DNA of 64,000 nucleotides from Laetmonice hystrix (Eukaryota): NCBI GenBank assembly GCA_965235115.1, contig OZ249436.1, positions 52,206,001 to 52,270,000 of the forward strand, read 5' to 3'. Shown piece by piece: positions 49,344 to 61,000 of this stretch (position 1 is its first letter; each line of letters starts with the position of its first letter). The notes under the pieces were generated by a model. It saw only the letters and a program-made list of their open reading frames with translations, ran no database searches and was not told where the DNA came from. The position numbers and the translations under genes were made by a program.

Positions 49344-50334
49344 ATGGTTCGAGGCAGATCTAGATTTGTCTTAATTCTTCTGTGTCTGCTCGTCCTAGCG
49401 TCCCTCGTGAGTGGAAAATACAACGGCAAGCGGGGGCCAATCTTTCTCCAGCGGGGAGCACTCCAGCGACCTTACGCGGGTAAGGGCCAAACGCGGGGTC
49501 TCTAGGTGGCAGGTACAGGATGGGTAGGTGAAGCAGGAGCAGGGGTAGCAGGAGGGGGAGTGACAAGAGCAGGAGGGGGAGCAGTAGGTAGTAAATGCAC
49601 TAGAGGCAGGAGCAGAACCAATTCAAGTCGGAACTTGGGAGGTTATCATCTTATCGCTCATGATAAAAAGCTGGACGGAACCAGCGAGAATTGTCGGAAA
49701 GGTAGGTCACACTAATCTTTCAGAAATATCACTCAGTAGAGTTTTCTGAGATTGGTTAGTTAGTGGGGTTACGTCCTGTAGGCAACTTTTGGCCATCCTC
49801 AGGACCTCAGGAAACTTTTTGCTTTCGTTATTTACTTACAACTTACTGCAATAATAATGAAATAGTAAACGTGTCGAAATAAAGTTTAATGTCACCCGAT
49901 GATTTTGTCGTATAATCTTAGGGCCACGCCAGGTGTGTGACTTGGTGCCGGACATTGGACCGTGCGATGGCTGGTTCAGACGGTACTACTACAGTATAGC
50001 TGCCGCCAGGTGTAAGGCGTTCATCTACGGAGGTTGTTATGGCAACAACAATAACTTCGTTACAAGTGGAGATTGCCGAACGGAGTGTGTACGCCGAAGG
50101 CAACCATGCATTGGCAGAAACGCAAACACTGCTATAGCAACGCAACCACTGGCAGCAACGCAAACACCGACAACAACGCAACCACCGGAAGCAGCGCGAC
50201 CACCAACGCAACCACTGGCAGCAACGCAAACACCAGCAACAACGCAACCACCGGCAGCAGCGCGACTACCAACGCAACCACTGGCAGCAACGCAAACACC
50301 AACAACACCGCAACCACCGGCATTTCCTTTGTGA
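49344..50334 (+). CDS. Secreted single-Kunitz (BPTI) domain protein with a Thr/Pro/Ala mucin-like tail
   Basis: Exon 1 49344-49479 (signal FVLILLCLLVLASLVSG) spliced in phase 1 to 49922-50334. CDLVPDIGPCDGWFRRYYY..CKAFIYGGCYGNNNNF..DCRTEC has all six Kunitz cysteines; ATQPLAATQTP repeats follow. Confidence 0.88.
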
Positions 50335-50531
50335 AGTAACCATAACATTATATTGGGAATGACATAAGGATTCAGTGAAATATGTCACAATATTTAGCGC
50401 GGTATCCCAGAGCGTGACACCTCACGGTAAACACTTGACCTAATTTCAGTAGAACAAAACTGAGGAGGACCAGGAGGAGAGGAGGAGGAGGATCATAAGG
50501 ATGACTAGGGTGACGAGGCGTACATGAACAT

Positions 50532-50868
50532 CAGTGGGTGATCCAGGATTTTGATAAGGGGGGGCCCACCTGAAAAAAAATTTTGCCTCGCTACGCTCGG
50601 CATGATTTTATTGCGCTTATAGCCATTTTGGGCCCCTTTTGATCTATTTCAATGTGCAATGGCCCAGAGTTATGTTGCTCCTGGATGACTAAGGAGGCCC
50701 CTTTGGGCCCGATGTTACTATCACGTATAATATAGAAGGCTTTTTAAAAAGAATTTTGTTGGAATACTGGTTTCAGGGTCCGAATAATGCATCTTCTTTA
50801 AAAAAAGCGGGGAAAAGAAAAATTTAAGAGGGGCCCGGGCCCCTTGGCCCCCCCTGGATCCCCCAGTG
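50532..50868. mobile_element. hAT-like MITE
   Basis: Ends CAGTGGGTGATCCAGG and CCTGGATCCCCCAGTG; internal TTTTGCCTCGCTACGCTCGGCATGATTT also occurs inverted at ~56464-56491. Confidence 0.65.
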
Positions 50869-50890
50869 AACATGTTGACGGACAGTGTTA

Positions 50891-51101
50891 AGTGCTGAAC
50901 CCACCAAGGCGATTCCCCTTGCGACGGCCATGCGACTTTTGATTTAATGGTGGAATTTCACTCTGAAATTTTTCCTGGCTGGCCTTCTCTGTTTCAGGAA
51001 ATGGGTTCCATCCTTTAATCTCAAAAGTACAGTAAAATAAAAGGGTGATGTCAAAATCGCATGGGCGCCGCAAGGGGAATCGCCTTGGTGGGTTCAGCAC
51101 T
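50891..51101. mobile_element. Harbinger-type MITE
   Basis: TIRs AGTGCTGAACCCACCAAGGCGATTCCCCTTGCG and the perfect inverse; TTA on both sides (50888-90, 51102-04). Confidence 0.88.
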
Positions 51102-51670
51102 TTAAGGACACCGACGAGGATGATGTTTTGAGGGGCAATGACGATGATGTTCCCCTTAAAGCCCCACCGTTTTAAAAACCTGTAAAATCGACCCCCTGCC
51201 ATATAAATCAGCTTAGTATCACATGCAAAACTCAAATAAATTGAAGTGAGACCAACCAAATGTAATGTGAGAACGCTCAGCTGACTCCGTTGCGATCTAC
51301 GCTCTATCTTCAAACCGCTTCGCATTTTGGATAACCGTCAACAGGGGAGTTCCGCCCTGATCAATGCGCGCGCAGGTGATCTACTTCCACTATTCTTTTC
51401 AGCTTTTTAGCTGATTTTGTTGGATACATCGATTTTTGTCTCCCAAAGGCCCGTTTCCTCGGGGGCATATTTGCAAAACAATCGTATGATCAAATATGGT
51501 GGAGAGATCCCGGAACTTGGGATTATTATGCGATGTTGTTCCTCGTCATTTGCGGCGCCACTTTCGGAGAGAGGAGGCAGATTCAAACTGCTGCTAATTC
51601 TCCATAATTTTCATTCAAACTGGAGAGATTCCAACTTTTTAAATCATTTGAAACTTATGAACTAGGCTTA

Positions 51671-52470
51671 AGCCTATGCTCCACTATAAGAAAGCAAAAA
51701 CGGCACTTCGCGACAGTAAAATTTTGCACCTATGATCCACTGCAAACGCGGTGTTCGCGAAGATGGTTCCCGAAGGTGGTACCGAAGTCGATGACGGTTT
51801 GCGGACAGCGTGTGTCACGATCCATCATGGCGGACATAGCGCATTCGTTTGGCATTCCAACCCCGGTATTTTCCGAAATAATAAACGATGACGGGGTGGA
51901 AATCTACCTTCTGAGGAAAATGACACGAAGGAGGATTCACAGATGGTGGGTGCGACTATGGATCCAAAGGCGAGAGAATAAAGAGGAGCATAACAACGTT
52001 TTTGATTTAGATCTACAGCATGAGTTGGCGGTGGGTCAAAAGGAAATGATGAAATAATGAAAATAATAATGAAAGCACACAACATAAAAACAAAACAAAA
52101 AAAGAAAGATAAGAGAAGTTATACCAAAAAACAAGAAAGTAAGTGTCACAATTGAAGAAAGAACATGTAGTTATTTATTTATTACGTCCACGCGCCATGT
52201 TGGAATGCTTCCTGGTCCACGTGCCCACGTGGTCACACGCCGCAAGCTCTTTCGTACGACGAATTGATGATCACGTGATTATACATGCTGACCTGACCTT
52301 CGGGAGCGTGGAGGCTTCGCGAGCGCAAAATATCAAAAACTTTTGATCTCACTTTTGCTACCTTCGGGAGTTTTGAAAGCAACCTTTGCGCCGAAGTCCC
52401 GCACCGCAGGGTATGCTCCACAACGCGAAGGTAACTCCAGATGGTACCTTCGCGTAGTGGAGCATAGGCA
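51671..52470 (+). mobile_element. Internally deleted PIF/Harbinger element
   Basis: TIRs GCCTATGCTCCACTA and TAGTGGAGCATAGGC flanked by TTA and TGA; remnant transposase N-terminus RRRIHRWWVRLWIQRR..LQHEL. Confidence 0.75.
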
Positions 52471-52805
52471 TGAGGCCTATTCTGTTCTTAGAAAGATGAA
52501 GAGTGCAGGACCTTTCCCTTCCATAGGCCTCCCCCATTCCTCCTCACTCTCACTCATTATGGCATGAATTAGGCCTACTTACTGGATGTTTATTTGTGAA
52601 GTAAAATCACTATTCATAAAGTGAACTTTTCCATAGTTCGATTACACGATGATTTGTCAGTGCAAGACGTTATCTATAGTACTGCCCCCTGATAGTGATG
52701 GTAAAAGTTAAAACCTGTGGTGCTGCCCTCTGGTGTGTTTGTTACAAATGGTTGAATTATGGTGCAATTTGAAGGTTATTGGCAGATAATGTAATTATAT
52801 ACAAT

Positions 52806-53360
52806 AACTAGTCAGCATGATCGCCTGCAATCATTGATCCCATTTCCCCAAAATACATACAGACATTTTTTTAAGCCTATTGACCCGTAGACTTGCTGAC
52901 GAAGATTAATATGGACAACACATTTTGTTGTGGAATCATTCTGTGAAATTTTACCATAATTGGAAGAGATCTACTTCAAAGTCGTAGATTTATGTGAGAT
53001 GTGACCTGTGACCCAGTCCTTAAGAAGGTCATCAGCGAAATTTTGATAAAAAAGGGAACCCCCCTTTCCCAGTATCTGAAAGATAGATCTAATTGCCCTC
53101 TTGCTATTTGGTTGGTTCGTGAAGTGCTTTTTGACGCGAATAAGACGGCATAACTTATAAGCATGATGGCCCATGACGTACTGCTTGATATGGAGAGGTA
53201 CTCATGACATGGGCAACCTGCCCTGCAAGTTTCATTCAGATACCTTAAAAACTGACTGAGAAACGGTCATTGTCTAACTATGTACGACGATAATAAACAA
53301 AATAGAGAAGACGACGGACACAAGAACAAAAGCCCATTTCCCTGTAAGGGAAATGGGATA
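52806..53360 (+). mobile_element. Putative non-autonomous Helitron/HINE-like element
   Basis: Starts AACTAG; subterminal CCCATTTCCC; internal CAAGTTTCAT motif; terminal hairpin CCCATTTCCCT-GTA-AGGGAAATGGG (53333-53357). Confidence 0.5.
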
Positions 53361-53944
53361 ATTATAAATCAGTTTATTTTACACTCTTATGCTTACAATA
53401 ATTATAATATCTTTGCATTCGTGATTATTTTAGTATGAATCCGCCTAACTGTCTTTATACTTTCTTTGCATTCGAGATTTTTTTAGTATGAATCCGCCTA
53501 ACTCTTAACTGTCTCCCCCAGCTGTTGACAGAGACAGACTAAGATGAAGATTTTCCGGAAAATGTAGGCCTACCCTCAGATCCCTAGTGCAGTACCCCAA
53601 CATGGCAGGCCATGCCAGTAATTGGTTTTGAAAGCGAGACTCAAATTTGTACATAAATGACTATGTTGGCAGTAACCCTTGGCGATACCTTACGTCGAGG
53701 GCAAGATGGCGTCTGTCGTTGTGACCCTAGGTTTCGTAATTTTCATTAATATCTTATAATAGAAAATGAACGGATCTACCTATATAAAAATAATTCCCCT
53801 CTGATACTTTATAACTGATATAATGGCCAAGCAATGCTGAAGTCAGCCTCATAACTTGGATGTTGCTGTCAGACAGGAAGTTGTTTCATTGAACGGGCGT
53901 CCGTTTTTGACGGAGTCGGTCGTAAGGCACGTCGACTGAACTCT

Positions 53945-54202
53945 CCCCCCCCCCCCCCACGCACATCCCCACCACCTCATAACGGCCCCCGACATCCCCA
54001 CATCTCATGACGGCCTACCCCCACATCCCCCCCCCACACACACACATCCCCCAACATCCCCACCATCTAATGACGGCCTACCCCCCCCCCCCACACACAC
54101 ACACATCCCCCAACATCCCCACCACCTCATGGCGGCCTCCCCCCATATCCCCACCACCTCATGGCGGCCTCCCCCCATATCCCCACCACCTCATGGCGGC
54201 CT
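53945..54202. repeat. C-rich degenerate minisatellite
   Basis: Repeated CATCCCCACCACCTCATGGCGGCCT units with poly-C and (CA)n tracts. Confidence 0.8.
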
Positions 54203-55044
54203 ATTATTCTTCATGCAGACATGCATTCGGAATGCATGTCTGCATTTTGGAGTCATTGAAATGAGAGATACTCGGTGATTGCTTTAACGCAAAACAAGTT
54301 AAAGGTGGCCACGCCCGGGGGGGGGGGGGGGGGGGTCTACACATAATGCCCGCCTCCTTATTTCTGCAGACTGACCTTTTGTAGCACCACCAACGGCACT
54401 TTCTGATGTAAGCAGAGACATATTTAGTTTGGGTGTACACCGCGCATGCCCACTTTCCAAAATTCCTGGATCCGGCCTTTGATTCCGTGACGAATCATAA
54501 ACTACAGGTCCAATCAGCATGAATCTGCCGCGTCTGTCACTGTATACCATCCCCGACAAATGGACAGTGGATAGTTTGTGTAATGAATTGATTTCGCGTT
54601 CTATTATTTATGAAGCAAACACTCAGTAGAAAGGCTTTATCGATTTATTACTCTGTCAGCATTAATGATACGGAGACGCCACATTTGTCACCTGTGACAA
54701 ACTGAGGATATTAGGTACTGACAGGAACGGCAGGAACGGGACACGCTGAAAAACACACTGTTGAATGGAAGCTACCAATGGCCATTCAGCAAACTATGCG
54801 GGAGAGTGGATTTTGGCTTGACTAAAGAAACATTCAGTGCCGAATCGCTTCTTCAATGTGGATGAAAAAAATGGGACATATTCCGTGACTCCTCTTTAAT
54901 TGTGGTACTTTAAAATTCTATTGTATAAAGGAAGCACTCTGTGAATGGAGAATTGTACAGATATATCCGGAGAGGAGCTGGGCGTGAACAAGTGCTGATA
55001 GGCCGGCAGGGTATATTTGTGAGTGAAGATCGACGGTCCATGCA

Positions 55045-58000
55045 ATGTACACCGTCCTGTTACTGACCTGCTGTCTATGGGTGCGGGCCGACCTGGGGAA
55101 GGCCCAACCCGGCCATCTCTCGGCGAAGGTGGCCCGACTCGATCTTCAACTAGGTGAGTAATAGCCTACCGTACACTGAGACAGACCTTCACTCATATTT
55201 GTCATCCTTTTTTTCTTTGCAGATCAATAAAATGAATTTTGAAAATGTGGAATTTTTCAATAAAATGATTCCAGGGGCTATTGTCCAAATGGATAACCCT
55301 GTTCTTCGGAAGCTCGGCAACAAGATGGTGAGCCTTGTGAACACAACCCTAATCTGGGGAAACAACGTCGTCCGACCAAATATTAGGCTCCAGACTGTCA
55401 GCAACACGCTAGATGTGGCCAATGCAGGTAACAAACGTAAAGTTCTGTCATTAGGAAAGGCAACAATCTGGTATGGGTAGGCCTATATGAATTTGAGGAC
55501 ATTACAGGGCCCAGTTAGGCCTATATTTAGGCAAAAAGCAAAGGTCATTTGTCACCTCCTCCTAACCCGGCTATAGGGTAGACTCTATCCCATTATTATT
55601 GTTTGCTTTCATAACATCAGAATGAAAACAAGAATCCATTCTCGTTTGTTTAGTTGAAGCGCTTCTTGAGTTCAACATATCGGGTTTGATGTCGGCGACG
55701 GAATGCCAAGCGGCCAAAATGTTGATGTCTCGTGTTTCTGCAAGGAGAATACGTCATGCGATCGTGACGCCCTCTGGCTGCCTGCTCGAGCGTGACCATC
55801 CGTTTGCTTATATCCTACGGCCGACAGAGGGCGCCATGCTAGAGGCTCTGTATGACGTCATCAGTCTAACCCACACATACTTTGATATGATAAAGGAAGT
55901 TACTCTGTTTTACGACGACTATGTTGGTATGTCATTGAATAATATTACACCTTTACCATTAGGCCTACTTAGAGCGTCAGTGTAATAGACCTAGGTATAG
56001 GCCTATGGAGAACTAGGCCTCATAGCCTCTATACCCCCAGTAGGCCTATCTATAGAGTTTCCGTCCCAACCACATTCAGGGGCGCCGCTGCCTATTTCAA
56101 AGTGGGGGGGACAATCTTGGTGTGATTGACCTTTTCCCCCCAGATTTATGTACCATACGAATTGCAAAATAACAGTATATTCACCCCCCCCCGGGGGCGG
56201 ATCCAGGATTTTTTTTGCAGGGGGCGGGGGGTCAGAAGGTGCCCGCGCCGAGAGGGGGGGGGGGGGCTCCGACTGAAAATGTTTGGGAATATAAAAGGAC
56301 ATAGATGCTATTTCCCGGCTTCTCAGCATCAAACTAAAGAGCTTTCGGTGCCGACCTTTTGCTCAAAATTAATGTATTAATAAGTGAGGGATTCAGGGGG
56401 CTTGCCCCCCTTAGATCTTCCTTTTTGTATGAAGATGCATTACTATTAGTACAGTTACAATGAAATCATGCCGAGCGTAGCGAGGCAAAAAATTTTTTTT
56501 AGGTGGGCCCCACACAGTTGACGATTAAGCCTACAACACACTTTTACCAAATAAAATAGAGACCGTCCCCATCCTACTTAATTGCCACTCTCTATTCTAC
56601 CACACTAGGCCTAGTAAAAAATTGGTAAACCTCACTCATTAATAATAAATGAATACATTCACGCATGAGGTATCTTTCTTCAAAATCAAATAGGAAGGCC
56701 CAACATGGGGGTGACAAATGTTGACGGCCGCAGGCCTAACGCTGTCAGACAATAATTAACTGAATATTCAGGTCTATGTGAGCTAAACAAGAGACGGTAC
56801 AGGGGCGGATCCAGCTTTTTCAAGTAGGGGGGGGGGGTCCAACGTTTTTAGAGGCGCAACCAGAGTGACTGTACGAGCACCGAAGGCACAAAGCCTTGCT
56901 AAGGGTTCCGGGGGTATGCCCCCCCCCGGAAAATTTTTAAATTCAAGGTGTAATTTAGTGAAATCTGATGCATTTTGGAGCACAAAATAATCTATTTAAA
57001 GACCAATGATGTCAAAAGTCTTATGTAGCCCTACAATGCCGCGAGGCGCCATTAACGGCAGTTGGGGCGCCATGAAACTTTAGGGGTCCAGACCCTATGT
57101 GACCCCCTCCCATGGATCTGCCAGTGTGGTAGGACTGAGGTACACAGGGAAGCTGCAGGGGGCCTAGGCCGCGGTTAGGCCCATATTAATTATAGAAGAG
57201 CAAAGCATAGACCTATCTCCTAAACACATAGGCCTAGGCCTATATAGGCGAAAGCCAAGATTAAAAATGATCAAAATCTATCTTAAATTTGCCTCCCAGG
57301 GGCCATTGACCTTAAAAAGCAGGCATATACAGTAGGGATCTCGAGTATAAGAAGACCTGTAGATCTATTAGGCCTAGCTTCGACTTCAAGGAGCCTTTGA
57401 CCTTTTTAGGTCGCCAGCAAAAGTGGGGGGGACATGTCCCCCCCCCGTCCCCCCCGGCAGCGGCGCCCCTGACATTATGCCTTATCGGAAATGATTTGGC
57501 CATTTGGAGCAGGATATCTTATGTTGAAAAGTCTGCTTTTTTGGAGCAATTAGTTACGTCTGCGAAAGACGTTTCTTCAGGGAGAGCATATACAGTAGGT
57601 CTATAATTTAACCCAACCATAAATAAATACAAGTTCTGGTTCAGGAAAGGGAACTTCGTGAGTCTTTTTTTGCATAGGCCTATTGAGGGCATAACCCAAC
57701 ATAGGAATGCCTTCAAATTAAGGTGCACTTGATTTGACAAAATTCGTCTTTCCCTCGAACCCACCCTAATATGAATTAAGGTTACACACAGATCCACTTA
57801 ATGACTGCTAGTTTTTCTACCAGATGACAGGACAGTTCAAAAGTTCATGGAAGTCATGTCCCTTGGGCCGTACGTACTTAATCTACGTCGATGTCTTGTC
57901 GATCGTGCCCGTACATCGTCCTGGGATGATGCCATGCTCAGTCCACTATTGCACCAATCTCCCGACAGGTGGAGTACCTTCGTTTTGATGTGTTCTCCAA

Positions 58001-61000
58001 CGTCAACAGGAAGGATGCTGTCAAAGGTTAGCTTATTGACAAGTATATTGCTAGGGTATATGTACGCATGTGGGTTGCGGCTTATAATGATGTTTCGTGT
58101 AGCCAATTCGACGGTTTAAAAATGACCCTTTAAATCTTTAGATACTTATTTCTCACCGACATCTATATGCTGCTACCGACTCAAAGTACCTCTTTTATAG
58201 ATGATTTCTCGAAAAGGTCGCGTCACGGCGTTGTTCTAACGCTAAACAAAAATTAACTTATTAACTGAGTGGCTTGGGCCGTATTATATATTTATTTAAG
58301 GACGTCGTTAATTAGCATTACATAACCCCTCCCCCCAGAAAGGGACATGACGTCACCTCATGCAGAGATGTGTAAGGATTATAGGCTGGGGGGTGGTCTT
58401 AACGCCGTGCTGACCGTCATTCCTTAACCACTAACACAACTACACTGTAAGTAACATTTCCTTGATTTTAGATTACAGAGCTAGGACTAAACGCGGATTA
58501 TAATGTCTGGTTGGTAGTGAAGGATTATCTGCATACTCACCCTCTTGGATTGTTTCCCGGTAACATCCTATTTTTAACGACTCAGTCTACGGACGTTCTT
58601 CAAGAATCCACAGTTTTCAACATGGCCATGGACAATTTCCATCAAGTCGCTGCAGGGGTGGGTATCTTTAAGCTAAGAAAATGGCAAACTAACTAAAAAG
58701 TAAGCTTCAGAGTTTCTCCTTTTGGCCATTGAAACTTTCATACTTCAATGTTCTTCACATTATCGAGGAGGAGAAGTTGAGCTGGAAGAACGCTCATTGT
58801 CATTTCACCCTGCCCCCGTCTGCAAGACATTAAATGCCGTCTATAATATTTTGTTGATCAAAAAGGTGCAAAAAGGAGTTTGTGAAACACACATTCCGTC
58901 CCCTCTGGAGAGATAATCATACGGTATGAAAGACTTTAGAACCAAGCTTAGGGATGTATAGAACGTCCATTACGAAAGGTTAGGACAATTTCAGTGATTG
59001 TCTATTCAAGGTCCTGAGTCGGTACACGGTGGATTGCCTACTGTCTGTGGTGACACCTGACGGGATTCCTGTGAACGACGCCTACACTACCAGGAAGGTA
59101 TACACTTTCATTTTCTTACACAGAGTTAAGGGGGCCAGTCCACCCCCCCCCCCCCGACCAGCCTGCGCATTTTGTCCTATTCGGTTAGCCCAGCATAGAA
59201 ACAACATGTTTTTCCCCCATAATCCAACCAACCATTAAGTTATACTCTAATTCTGATAGAGTTTGTTTCAGGGCGGCGGTGGTCGAAGACGTTGTGTCGA
59301 CAAGCAGACATGGGTCGAGGTTTCAGCTGTGGTCCCTGAGTCGTGGGCCGATCCGAAAGCTAGGGGTCGGTCGGCTTGCCGCTCAGAATGCCAGTCCGGC
59401 TTGTCGCTGCGTGCCGTGTGGACCCGTGACAATCGTCTGCAAGTCCGCGCCCCGACCCTACTCGTCCATCCCCCGGACAACCTGCAGGGCCGCCGGCTCC
59501 GGGTCGGTGTCTCCGGCGATGTGCGTGGTTGTGTTTAAACTTTTCTTTAGTGACGTTATTATTAACCATCCCCCTGAAGCTCAGGTTGCTCATTGAAATA
59601 TAATACGGGTCGGCTCTGGAACAGGAGAGGAGACAGGGGTTACAGTATGCGTTTCACTAACATTTATCAAATTAACATGTCGTTGATACCATGGAAACAA
59701 TCCTGGTCACGGCACCCATTTATGTAACGTCCCGGAGGCGGTTAAGAGGGGTCAGTATATATTCAAGGATGATAATTATAAAAAGGTAAAAGGCATGTGG
59801 TGACCTTGGTAAGAGTCTTCTGGTGTCCACTCGTTGTTCTTCCCTGGCATGCGCGGTGAAAGTTCTTGCTGAAATTGAAACTTCTACCAAGATATCTTCA
59901 AATATGTGAGAAAACTCCGAACCCTTATGTTGAAGGTGGCCTCCTTCAATGAAGGCATCGGATTCTTATAATAAAATGAACCAATTTTGTAAATGATGTA
60001 CATACATGTGGTAATAATCAGATCTGCACCACAACATGAAATTGTAAGTAAAGTGTCTATAATTAAACAGCACAATATGCCCATTTTATATAGGCCTATA
60101 TTCGTAGCCTAATAATGATTGACATCACACACATTGTCATGATGTCCCACTATGAATGATGTAGTTGTATTTTCACGATCATGTAGGGGACAGAATAGAA
60201 CTAAGGATACCACAAGTTTAAAAACAGTTTATGATCGGTGACCCCCAGAGCTACACCCATGCTTACTCTATCTACAGCTGCAACCTCATGTGTTTCGGGT
60301 GCCAAGGGGCGACCCCATGGGGACCGGCGTGGGTCAATGGCCCTACAACGGCTTCGTTATCGACCTGCTCCGAGCAATAGCGGACAGACTAAATTTCACG
60401 TAAGTAACTCTTTCCTCTGCTGGCCGATCAGTAAAGGCTGTTGGATATGCCTATATGTAATTTTCAGTTACCGTAAGCTATACGTTCCAGTTTGAATTGC
60501 GATTTTGGACGAGTAACATGCCAAGTTAAAGTGAAACGTCCACCATTTGATCGTACACGTATGTCCGGAGTCAGGGTAGGGATAGACCGTCTATGGCTGG
60601 GTTTTTATTCCATTATAATTGAGGTATAAGGGAGAAGTTTTATTCGAAAAGCTAACGTGATCTTTCAGTGTTGAGTTTTACCCTTCGGACGGTATTGGGA
60701 GAAAGAGGGTGAAGAATGGTTCTTGGACCGGGCTGATTGGAATGGTCATCAGGAAGGTGGGTATGACGGAAATGTTCCGACATATGCAGGTCAAAATGTG
60801 AAATCGCCAGTGAAACCTTCATCTCATAGATACTCTCAATCTGTAGTTAGGTAATGTGATTCTCAGATGCGTGTCCAGGGTGGGGGTGGGGGTGGGGGGG
60901 TTCAGACTCCTTTGCCCCCCGAGCATAGATTGTTTCTCTTAGATTTTACGGAATAACGTCGAACAAGCAAGTGCAAAGCATTCCTGCCGTTTGAAAGATG

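Noticed and set aside
55154..55274. ORF-track N-terminus of the receptor (MSNSLPY..NKMNFENVEFF)
   Set aside because: This segment is intronic; the signal-peptide exon splices in phase only to the acceptor ending at 55274.
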